This document shows, in pieces, positions 25,203 to 32,000 of a stretch of 32,000 bases of DNA; the stretch's first letter is position 1, and every line of letters starts with the position of its first letter. The notes under the pieces are model-generated. The model saw nothing but the letters and a program-made list of their open reading frames with translations. It was not told the DNA's origin and did not search any database. The translations under genes were made by a program, and so were the position numbers. Origin of the DNA: Formosa sp. Hel1_33_131 (GTDB lineage Bacteria > Bacteroidota > Bacteroidia > Flavobacteriales > Flavobacteriaceae); NCBI RefSeq assembly GCF_001735745.1, contig NZ_CP017260.1, positions 2,040,001 through 2,072,000 of the forward strand, written 5' to 3'.

Positions 25203-25287
25203 CCCGACATTTACCCGACATTAATTTCGATAACTCTAGACTTAACCCCTAATAAACAAGGGTTTAATCCCGACACTAATCCCGACA
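25203..25287. repeat. Four phased copies of CCCGACA (TGTCGGG on the minus strand) arranged 2 + 2
   Basis: The copies are at 25203-25209, 25214-25220, 25269-25275 and 25281-25287. Spacing within each pair is 11 and 12 bp. The pairs are 55 bp apart and flank an imperfect TAACCC/GGGTTTA palindrome. Confidence 0.85.
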
Positions 25288-25312
25288 TTTTAATACCTAT
25301 TTTTTTAACCGT

Positions 25313-26650
25313 TTAATATTCATAGCCTTCTACATTAATAACATACTTCGTAGCCCTTCCATTACCAATTTTTTTAAACATTTTAAATTCAACAAGTTCT
25401 TCAATATCCCTTAACACAGTCCTGTCTGTAATATCAAACATCTCTCTATAAGTCTTATTTGTTATAACTTTATTTTCCTTAATATATCGAATCGCTTTTA
25501 CTTGCCTCTCATTGAGGTCTAATTTCGATAAATAGTGTTCGTTGTAAATATCCTTAAATAGGGTTACAGTTACACCACCTTGCCGCTCTTCAATAAGTGG
25601 CTCTAACAGTCCATAGTTTTTGCATTCTTCAATTATTTTCAATGTGCCACGACCCCAAGCTTCAATATGCCCTCCTTTATAAAACACATTTGCCATCAAT
25701 CTATTTCTAGGAATTGAACGATGGTCTTTCCACAAGTCATCAAGAGTCAAACTTTCTGGCAGTTCTCCAAAATTTGAAATAGAAATTCTATCATTATAAA
25801 CCTTTACAGTTATCGGAGAGATTCCGTATTTTTTGTGTATGATTGCGTTAAATAAAATTTCTCGAATGGCATCGTATGGATACTCTGGCGGTTCTTTTCT
25901 GCTAAGCCCTTCATATTTAATATTTCTAAAAATGTATTTCGAATTGAGTAGTTCAAGTGTCTTGTCCGCCAATTCAAAAGCATTGGTTTCAACAACGTCT
26001 TGAGTAATTAAATCTGACGGTGAATTGCCGAACTTACCTATTTTCAAATAGGCAGTAGTGTAATATCGTTGTGGATTTTTCCCGAACAATAACAATGCAG
26101 CTCTGGTATACCTACCACTTTGGTTAACTAATTCAAGTTTTCTCAAAACAGTTTCTGTATCGGTATCGTAACCAATCGAGGGTAATCTTCCGGTATCAAT
26201 GGCTTTCTTTTTAAAGGATTCGACAGCCTCAAGATTAATATCTTCAATAGATGCGTTATCCATAGTGACAGCATCCCACGTCAGGTTCTTTTTCTTCAAC
26301 AAAAAATCTTCTAAAGCGGTACTATTTAATAATTGATTCGTACTACCGCTTCTTAAGTAGAATTTCCCTTTATATGACACAGGAGAGGAAAATGATTCAA
26401 CTGCTATTTCAATAAAATAGTTATCGTTTTCTTCATGTAAATTCACATCACAAACAATACCAGTCGTATCTTTAATTTTGTTAGGCAACTCGTCCATAAG
26501 TTTTTTATACTTATCAACTCCAACTACATTTCCATTGTCATCTTTACCTACATATAAAACACCACCATTGGCATTAGCAAATCCACTAATCCATTGCAGA
26601 TATTCATCTCGCCACGATTGTTTCCATTCTATGTTTTGTTGTTCAGGCAT
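25313..26650 (-). CDS. AlbA_2/Schlafen-like domain protein with an HATPase_c_4-like region and a C-terminal wHTH (COG2865-type putative regulator)
   Basis: The N-terminus EWKQSWRDEYLQWISGFANANGGVLYVGKDDNGNVVGV is the AlbA_2 signature. The C-terminus LNERQVKAIRYIKENKVITNKTYREMFDITDRTVLRDIEELVE is a wHTH. Confidence 0.85.
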   Translation of the reverse strand: MPEQQNIEWKQSWRDEYLQWISGFANANGGVLYVGKDDNGNVVGVDKYKKLMDELPNKIKDTTGIVCDVNLHEENDNYFIEIAVESFSSPVSYKGKFYLRSGSTNQLLNSTALEDFLLKKKNLTWDAVTMDNASIEDINLEAVESFKKKAIDTGRLPSIGYDTDTETVLRKLELVNQSGRYTRAALLLFGKNPQRYYTTAYLKIGKFGNSPSDLITQDVVETNAFELADKTLELLNSKYIFRNIKYEGLSRKEPPEYPYDAIREILFNAIIHKKYGISPITVKVYNDRISISNFGELPESLTLDDLWKDHRSIPRNRLMANVFYKGGHIEAWGRGTLKIIEECKNYGLLEPLIEERQGGVTVTLFKDIYNEHYLSKLDLNERQVKAIRYIKENKVITNKTYREMFDITDRTVLRDIEELVEFKMFKKIGNGRATKYVINVEGYEY

Positions 26651-26682
26651 GTTCTTATCCTAATAGAATCCATCTTTAAAAT

Positions 26683-26690
26683 CAAAGGTA
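26683..26690 (-). promoter_or_regulatory. -7 box TACCTTTG inside the insert, for the AlbA_2 gene
   Basis: The minus strand reads TACCTTTG, 33 nt upstream of the ATG at 26650. Confidence 0.5.
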
Positions 26691-26799
26691 TGATAATTTT
26701 TAAACATAAAATATAAACTGCATTTGTTCATCGTTTTTAGCGTGGTAACAACACATCCGTTATAAGGGACAGCTTAGCGTAAAAGAGTCGTAGAAGTTG

Positions 26800-26847
26800 C
26801 ACCGCCATGCCTTCTCCAGAAATACCACGATTGTAAGAATCAGACAT
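26800..26847 (-). pseudogene. Duplicated 5' fragment of yraN (codons 1-16) running into insert sequence
   Basis: MSDSYNRGISGEGMAV is identical to the start of the intact yraN. The frame then continues into unrelated sequence and stops at 26737. Confidence 0.8.
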
Positions 26848-27001
26848 TGTTATTTTTTTAGAAAATCATAGTCGCGTTCTACTTTGGCAATACGCACTTT
26901 GTACTGGCTATACCATGTTTTTTGTCCTTTAATCTGTGCTTTTTGATGGTCCAAATTGTCTTTCCAGTGTTTGATGGATTCTACATCGCGCCAATAGGAT
27001 A
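26800..27001. repeat. 202-bp direct repeat, right copy
   Basis: It reads identical to 24873-25074. Confidence 0.9.
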
Positions 27002-27173
27002 TGGTGATTCCAATCTCGGAACTGGCATGTTCCATGCCCAAAAAACCGTCTTGTTGAAGAGCGAGTTCACTCATAAGCGCATCCGTTTCGGCATAGCCTT
27101 CGTTGTCATTTGTTCTTACAGAAGTGAAAATAACGGCGTAATAGGGGGGTGGGGGTGTGTTTGAAATCATCAT
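26850..27173 (-). CDS. Antibiotic biosynthesis monooxygenase (ABM) domain protein
   Basis: It is 107 aa. YYAVIFTSVR...GFLGME...SYWRDVESIKHWKDNLDHQKAQ is typical of small ABM-fold proteins. Confidence 0.8.
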   Translation of the reverse strand: MMISNTPPPPYYAVIFTSVRTNDNEGYAETDALMSELALQQDGFLGMEHASSEIGITISYWRDVESIKHWKDNLDHQKAQIKGQKTWYSQYKVRIAKVERDYDFLKK

Positions 27174-27180
27174 AAAAAGT

Positions 27181-28209
27181 TTACTCTACAAATAAGACCC
27201 GCGTTTTTGATTTGGTCACATGGAGTTGAATTTTACGTCCAAAATAGAGGGCACGATTTTCAAATTCATGTCCTGCAGGAAATCCAAAGGCGACGGGTAT
27301 ATCCGTATCTTTGAGTACCTCCAAAATCAAAGCTTCAATGGATTGTCCCCAAGCAGGATTGTTGGTTTTCAGTTGACTCATATCGCCAATAATCACACCG
27401 GCACAGTGCTTAAAATAACCCGCACGTTTCAAGCTTTGTAACTGTCGATCGATATGGTATTTGTGTTCGCCAATTTCCTCGATAAAAATAATTTTTCCTT
27501 TGGTATCAAGTTGTGTGTCACTTCCTAAGGCGGCGGTTAATAAAGATAAATTTCCGCCTACAAGTGGCCCCATTGCATCTCCTGATTTGTTGTCAGAATA
27601 TCCTTCAATTTCATAACTTTTTAGAGTTCCAAAAAGTGCAGATTTTAAGGTCGAAACAGAGTGTTTTATGGCGGTAGCATCATCGGTGAGGTTGATGCAC
27701 ATCATAGCGTGCAGACTCTCATATCCCATGTTGTTTAAAGCATTGTGCAATACCGTTACATCTGAATAGCCAACGATCCATTTGGGATGGATTTTAAAAC
27801 CTTCAAAATCCAAATTATCTATAATTCGTAAAGTACCATAGCCGCCGCGTGCACACCAAATGGCTTTGATGTTTGGGTTGTCCAAGGCGGTTTGCATGTC
27901 GCTGCAGCGTTGGGCGTCGGTTCCTGCAAAATGATGTGATTTTGTTTGGAGGTGGTCTCCAAAAACGACTTCCAATCCCCAACTATTTAAGAGGGTTTTG
28001 GTTTTTTGAATCACTTCGGCATCTTGTTTTAAAATACCTGCTGGCGCAAGCACGGCAACCGTGTCTCCTGATTTTAAATAGGAAGGGCGAATCATTTCTA
28101 AGGATTTATGAGAAGTAAAAGAGGATGTGTTTGAGGAGTTCATAAGCGTCTTGTTTGGTTCTGAATGGATCAGTATTAAAAGGCACCACATTAAAGTATT
28201 AAGCATCAT
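27181..28209 (-). CDS. LD-carboxypeptidase (peptidase S66 family)
   Basis: It has GDTVAVLAPAG, a nucleophile motif GYSDVTVLH, FIEEIGE and a His motif PAGHEFEN. I moved the start to MMLNTLMW (28209) because the longer ORF overlaps the metG promoter and start. Confidence 0.85.
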   Translation of the reverse strand: MMLNTLMWCLLILIHSEPNKTLMNSSNTSSFTSHKSLEMIRPSYLKSGDTVAVLAPAGILKQDAEVIQKTKTLLNSWGLEVVFGDHLQTKSHHFAGTDAQRCSDMQTALDNPNIKAIWCARGGYGTLRIIDNLDFEGFKIHPKWIVGYSDVTVLHNALNNMGYESLHAMMCINLTDDATAIKHSVSTLKSALFGTLKSYEIEGYSDNKSGDAMGPLVGGNLSLLTAALGSDTQLDTKGKIIFIEEIGEHKYHIDRQLQSLKRAGYFKHCAGVIIGDMSQLKTNNPAWGQSIEALILEVLKDTDIPVAFGFPAGHEFENRALYFGRKIQLHVTKSKTRVLFVE

Positions 28210-28277
28210 TTTGAAGGGCTTTTTGTAAAGATAGGAATTTCTATAAAATTCTGTTTCAAATTGGACGTAATTATATG

Positions 28278-28285
28278 TATTTTTG
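28278..28285 (+). promoter_or_regulatory. -7 box TATTTTTG for metG
   Basis: It matches TAnnTTTG and lies 20 nt upstream of the ATG at 28305. Confidence 0.55.
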
Positions 28286-28304
28286 TACGAATAATTCAGA
28301 TACA

Positions 28305-30356
28305 ATGTCAAAACGTTTTACCATTACTGCCGCTTTACCTTACACGAATGGACCCATTCATATCGGCCATTTGGCGGGGGTGTATGTGCCTGCGGATATC
28401 TATGCACGTTACTTACGCTTACAAGGGCACGATGTGGCTTTTATTTGTGGAAGTGATGAGCACGGTGTACCCATTACCATTAAGGCTAAAAAGGAAGGCG
28501 TGACCCCACAAGATATTGTCGATCGTTTTCATGCGAATATCAAAACCTCTTTTGAAGATTTTGGAATTTCGTTTGATAATTACTCCAGAACTTCTGGGAA
28601 AATTCATCACGAGACGGCTTCTGAATTTTTTAAAACGCTGTATGATAAAGGCGATTTTATTGAAGAAACCACTGCTCAATTATACGATGCGGAAGCCAAT
28701 CAGTTTTTGGCCGATCGCTTTGTGGTTGGGACTTGCCCAAAATGTGGCAATGAAGAAAGTTATGGCGATCAGTGTGAGGCGTGTGGAACAACCCACAATG
28801 CCACGGATTTAATCAACCCAAAATCCGCCATCACGGGTGCAGTTCCCTCTTTAAAAGAAACAAAACACTGGTTTTTACCACTAGACAAACACGAAGCTTT
28901 TTTAAAAGAATGGATTTTAGACAGGCATAAAGCCGACTGGAAACCCAATGTTTATGGGCAATGCAAATCATGGATTGACGATGGTTTGCGCCCGCGTGCC
29001 GTGACTCGCGATTTGGACTGGGGCATTCCTGTTCCTGTGGAGGGTGGCAACGGAAAAGTGTTGTATGTGTGGTTTGATGCGCCTATCGGATACATCTCTT
29101 CTACCAAAGAATGGGCCCAACGCGAAGGTAAGGATTGGGAACCGTATTGGAAAGATAAAGACACTACACTGGTTCATTTTATAGGAAAGGATAATATTGT
29201 ATTTCACTGTATTATGTTTCCAGCAATGCTCAAAGCGGAAGGGAGTTATATCCTTCCCAAAAATGTGCCTGCCAACGAATTTTTAAACCTCGAAGGTCAA
29301 AAACTATCCACCTCCAAAAACTGGGCGGTGTGGTTGCCCGACTATTTAAAAGATTTTCCTGAAAAACAGGATGTGCTGCGGTATGTATTAACGGCTACGG
29401 CACCCGAAACAAAAGACAACGACTTTACGTGGAAAGATTTTCAAGCACGTAATAATAACGAGCTGGTGGCTATTTTTGGAAACTTCATTAATAGAGTTCT
29501 TGTATTGACCAATAAATATTATGAAGGCAGTGTGCCAAGTCCAAAGGCGTTTTCTGAAATTGATACCGAAACTTTAGAAAAAGTAAAAGCCTTTCCTGCA
29601 ACGCTCTCAAAATCGATAGAGCGTTACCGTTTTAGAGAAGCAAGTCAAGAATTGATGAACCTTGCCCGACTGGGAAATAAATATTTGGCGGATGAAGAGC
29701 CGTGGAAAGTCATTAAAACCGATCCGGAACGTGTGCAAACCATTATGTATGTCGCGCTTCAGATTTCGGCAGCTTTGGCCGTGGTGTCCGAACCATTTTT
29801 ACCAGCATCGTCTCAAAAACTAAAAACAATGCTTCAGTTGCCACCTCACTCTTGGGCAATGGTACAAAGTGGGGAACCTCTTTTAGAACCTACTCACCAA
29901 ATAGGAAAAGCAGAACTGTTGTTTGCTAAAATTGAAGATGCTGAGATTGAGCAGCAGTTAGAAAAATTAGCTCAAAGTAAATTAGCAAACACCATTGCCA
30001 ATAAAGTGGTAGAGCCTCAAAAAGAGACGGTTGCTTTTGAAGATTTTTCAAAGTTAGACCTCCGTGTGGGAACCATTATTTCGGCTGAAAAAATGCCTAA
30101 AGCCAAAAAATTATTGGTACTTCAAGTGGATACAGGCATTGATGTGCGGACCATTGTTTCAGGGATTGCCGAGAGTTTCACTGCGGAATCTGTGATCGGG
30201 AAACGTGTCACTGTTTTGGTGAATCTCGCCCCGCGTGCGTTGCGTGGCGTCGAAAGTCAGGGAATGATTTTAATGACCGAAACCCCCGAAGGAAAACTTG
30301 TTTTTGTCAATCCAGATGTAGCACAGGAAACTGCGAATGGGTTGAAGATTAGTTAG
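28305..30356 (+). CDS. metG: Methionine--tRNA ligase with a C-terminal tRNA-binding (Trbp111/EMAP-like) domain
   Basis: It has a HIGH motif (PIHIGHLAG), a zinc knuckle [18 protein letters not shown], a KMSKS variant KLSTSK, and a C-terminal [27 protein letters not shown]. The start is at [13 protein letters not shown]. Confidence 0.95.
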   Translation: MSKRFTITAALPYTNGPIHIGHLAGVYVPADIYARYLRLQGHDVAFICGSDEHGVPITIKAKKEGVTPQDIVDRFHANIKTSFEDFGISFDNYSRTSGKIHHETASEFFKTLYDKGDFIEETTAQLYDAEANQFLADRFVVGTCPKCGNEESYGDQCEACGTTHNATDLINPKSAITGAVPSLKETKHWFLPLDKHEAFLKEWILDRHKADWKPNVYGQCKSWIDDGLRPRAVTRDLDWGIPVPVEGGNGKVLYVWFDAPIGYISSTKEWAQREGKDWEPYWKDKDTTLVHFIGKDNIVFHCIMFPAMLKAEGSYILPKNVPANEFLNLEGQKLSTSKNWAVWLPDYLKDFPEKQDVLRYVLTATAPETKDNDFTWKDFQARNNNELVAIFGNFINRVLVLTNKYYEGSVPSPKAFSEIDTETLEKVKAFPATLSKSIERYRFREASQELMNLARLGNKYLADEEPWKVIKTDPERVQTIMYVALQISAALAVVSEPFLPASSQKLKTMLQLPPHSWAMVQSGEPLLEPTHQIGKAELLFAKIEDAEIEQQLEKLAQSKLANTIANKVVEPQKETVAFEDFSKLDLRVGTIISAEKMPKAKKLLVLQVDTGIDVRTIVSGIAESFTAESVIGKRVTVLVNLAPRALRGVESQGMILMTETPEGKLVFVNPDVAQETANGLKIS

Positions 30357-30364
30357 GGAAGTTT

Positions 30365-30404
30365 AAAGTGAACGCCACGCTTTAGCGTGGCGTTCACTTT
30401 TTTC
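30365..30404 (+). terminator. Rho-independent terminator of metG
   Basis: The stem is a perfect 16 bp, AAAGTGAACGCCACGC / GCGTGGCGTTCACTTT, with loop TTTA, followed by a T-run. Confidence 0.9.
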
Positions 30405-30691
30405 ACCACCCCAGACCTCCGTAGCTCATGCGTTTCCCTTACCAAAAGTAAGGTAATAAAACGCTTAAAATCAGGGGTTTGAAAACAAAAAAATCCCGTT
30501 CCGTCCATTATTTGCCCGTTTATTACGTCAATCAGCTGTTTGTTACATAGTGTTTTTATATTTTGGATTTAATTGCTTAATTGTACTTGAATTTGTAAGG
30601 TAAATTCATTTCAGATAAAAAAGTCTCTCCATTAATTTGGAGGGGCTTTTTTTGTGGATTCCGTTTGGAGAAAGAGTCGCAAAAATTAACA
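30405..30691 (+). repeat. 287-bp direct repeat, copy 1
   Basis: It is near-identical to 31087-31373 (offset 682). The exceptions are a ~12-nt divergent patch (30503-30515), a few substitutions, and two compensating 1-nt indels near the end. Confidence 0.9.
30617..30653 (+). terminator. Terminator-like hairpin inside repeat copy 1 (its twin is at 31299-31335)
   Basis: An A-run precedes the stem AAGTCTCTCC/GGAGGGGCTT, which includes G-U pairs. The loop is ATTAATTT and a T-run follows. Confidence 0.6.
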
Positions 30692-30726
30692 TCAGTCTTA
30701 CGCTCTAGCTCTCTTTAGTCTTGATT

Positions 30727-31036
30727 CTTTGTTCTTTCCATTTTCATCTTCATACTTCATACTCGATACTTAGTACTCTTTAGTCTTTACTCTCTTTTCT
30801 ATTCTCTCTTTTCTATTCTCTCTTTTCTATTTTCTATTTTCTTTGTTCTTTCCATTTTCATCTTCATACTCGATACTTAGTACTCTTTAGTCTTTACTCT
30901 CTTTTCTATTCTCTCTTTTCTATTCTCTCTTTTCTATTCTCTCTTTTCTATTTTCTATTTTCTTTGTTCTTGATTCTTGATTCTTTGTTCTTTCCATTTT
31001 CATCTTCATACTCGATACTTAGTACACTTTACTCTA
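30727..31036 (+). repeat. Pyrimidine-rich nested tandem repeat (~114-121-bp units, ~2.7 copies, with an internal 14-bp TCTCTTTTCTATTC array)
   Basis: The units start at 30727, 30841 and 30983. Unit 1 has 2 perfect 14-mers and unit 2 has 3. Unit 1 has an extra 7-bp CTTCATA. I counted only 16 G in the 360 nt from 30721 to 31080. Confidence 0.9.
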
Positions 31037-31086
31037 TTTTCTTTCCTCCTCAAAATTCTTCATTTTTAACTTTTCGTTTTCCATTT

Positions 31087-31373
31087 ACCACCCCAGACCT
31101 CCGTAGCTCATGCGTTTCCCTTACCAAAAGTAAGGTAATAAAACGCTTAAAATCAGGGGTTTGAAAACAAAAAAATCCCGTTCCTTACACTATATGACCG
31201 TTTGTTACGTCAATCAGCCGTTTGTTACATAGTGTTTTTATATTTTGGATTTAATTGCTTAATTGTACTTGAATTTGTAAGGTAAATTCATTTCAGATAA
31301 AAAAGTCTCTCCATTAATTTGGAGGAGCTTTTTTTGTGGATTCTGTTGGATGAAAGAGTCGCAAAAATTAGCA
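31087..31373 (+). repeat. 287-bp direct repeat, copy 2
   Basis: See copy 1. This copy contains two perfect CCGTTTGTTAC 11-mers (31198-31208 and 31218-31228). Confidence 0.9.
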
Positions 31374-31529
31374 GGGGGGCTTGTCAAGTGGCTTAAGCCC
31401 CTTGTAATGGTTTAAGAATTTAGTCATCAGCTCAAGTCTTATGCTGAGGGACGTTGTTCGATAGGATGTCCATATTTGGCATATATAGATATTTTTATTA
31501 TATTTGATACATCGCTAAAATGAAATAAA

Positions 31530-31763
31530 ATGAATGTAAGTCTCACACAAAAACAAAAAGATTATATCTCAAATCAAGTAGAATCTGGAGATTTTCAAAA
31601 TGCAAGTGAACTCGTTCGAGATGCTTTGCGTTTACATGAAGTCTATAGACACCGTGTTATTATGGATTTAAGAGCTGAAATTGAAAAGGGGTGGAATGGT
31701 CCCACAAGCAAGCGTACGGTTACAGATATAATTAATGAAAAACGTCAGAAAAAAGTACGCTAA
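31530..31763 (+). CDS. parD: ParD-family type II antitoxin (RHH/CopG-like)
   Basis: It is 77 aa. MNVSLTQKQKDYISNQVESGDFQNASELVRDALRL is a typical ParD/COG3609 N-terminus. The next ORF overlaps it in a TAATG arrangement. Confidence 0.85.
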   Translation: MNVSLTQKQKDYISNQVESGDFQNASELVRDALRLHEVYRHRVIMDLRAEIEKGWNGPTSKRTVTDIINEKRQKKVR

Positions 31764-32000
31764 TGAGAAGCAAGATAACTCATTATCAACTGTCTCAAGA
31801 AGCCGATATTGATTTAGATGAAATTTTTGAGTATACTGAGAAAGCTCATGGATTTAATCAAGCTGTAGAATATCTTAACGCATTAGAAATTCTTTTTAAT
31901 ACATTGGTTTTAAATCCAGAAATAGGAAGAAAACGCCCTGAAATAAAGAGGGGTCTCTATAGTATTTCAGAACAATCCCGTAGTGTGTTTTATAGAATTA
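31763..32000 (+). CDS. parE: ParE/RelE-family toxin, 3' end truncated by the window edge
   Basis: This ORF is not in the supplied track because it has no stop inside the window. The translation is MRSKITHYQLSQEADIDLDEIFEYTEKAHGFNQAVEYLNALEILFNTLVLNPEIGRKRPEIKRGLYSISEQSRSVFYRI, which is ParE-like. Its ATG overlaps the parD stop by 1 nt. Confidence 0.8.
   Translation, partial: MRSKITHYQLSQEADIDLDEIFEYTEKAHGFNQAVEYLNALEILFNTLVLNPEIGRKRPEIKRGLYSISEQSRSVFYRI

Larger units (their letters stand above)
25075..26799 (-). mobile_element. 1725-bp single-gene insert bracketed by the 202-bp direct repeats
   Basis: It interrupts a tightly packed ABM-yraN gene pair that has a 2-bp intergenic gap. The cargo gene is visibly AT-rich, though I did not count its GC content. 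It carries its own promoter and a set of phased repeats. Confidence 0.6.

Noticed and set aside
26741-26775. A possible fourth, diverged copy of the cassette-boundary core near the right end of the 1725-bp insert (GTGGTAAC...GTTATAA...).
   Set aside because: Only GTGGTAAC and GTTATA are shared, the spacing differs, and the conserved right-hand block (GTGACGTTCTGG..TTTTGAATTTATGC) is absent. The similarity is too weak to call.
30411-30430. The sequence GACCTCCGTAGCTCA at the start of the 287-bp repeat resembles the acceptor and D-arm 5' part of a tRNA.
   Set aside because: GTAGCTCA is a short, common motif, and no anticodon or T arm follows. I could not fold a cloverleaf on either strand.
30727-31036. 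Whether the tandem repeat region could be a CRISPR array.
   Set aside because: There are no unique spacers between repeats. The units are 114-121 bp with nested 14-bp microrepeats. No cas genes and no palindromic repeat of CRISPR type are present.
30964-31164. A 66-aa ORF across the pyrimidine-rich tandem repeat.
   Set aside because: The translation (Ser/Phe/Leu-rich) simply reflects a CT-rich repeat. The frame is not maintained across repeat units, and it runs into the 287-bp repeat.

Overview
This looks like a chromosomal segment of a Bacteroidota genome, most likely Flavobacteriia. The evidence is many TAnnTTTG-type -7 promoter boxes directly upstream of genes, no Shine-Dalgarno signals, an S16 protein with a long acidic Ala/Glu/Pro tail, and a DnaE with a fused exonuclease domain. 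The housekeeping backbone is rpsP, dnaE, trxA, a DUF58 gene, tRNA-Asp(GTC), an M1 metallopeptidase, a DUF456 membrane protein, an acyl-CoA thioesterase II-like gene, a TerB-like gene, mfd, a TlpA-like thioredoxin-fold protein, yraN, an ABM-domain protein, an LD-carboxypeptidase and metG. Four small accessory patches interrupt it, and no recombinase or transposase gene is intact anywhere in the window. (1) At 1.4-5.3 kb, AT-rich single genes (a SAM methyltransferase and an AAA/DUF4143 ATPase) are separated by three direct copies of a ~45-bp element whose start has an arm-spacer-arm layout like a tyrosine-recombinase core site; an IS transposase relic lies beside one copy. (2) A two-gene Fic islet sits directly downstream of tRNA-Asp, with the first fic gene bracketed by a ~96-bp, ~81% identical direct repeat. 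(3) A 1725-bp insert carries one AlbA_2/Schlafen-like gene and four phased CCCGACA repeats. It is flanked by 202-bp direct repeats with no differences seen by eye, and these rebuild both interrupted host genes. (4) Two 287-bp direct repeats bracket a G-poor nested tandem repeat beside a parDE toxin-antitoxin pair. The main lead is this recurring pattern of one-gene cargo bracketed by long direct repeats with no recombinase in view. All alignments and counts are manual and need computational confirmation.
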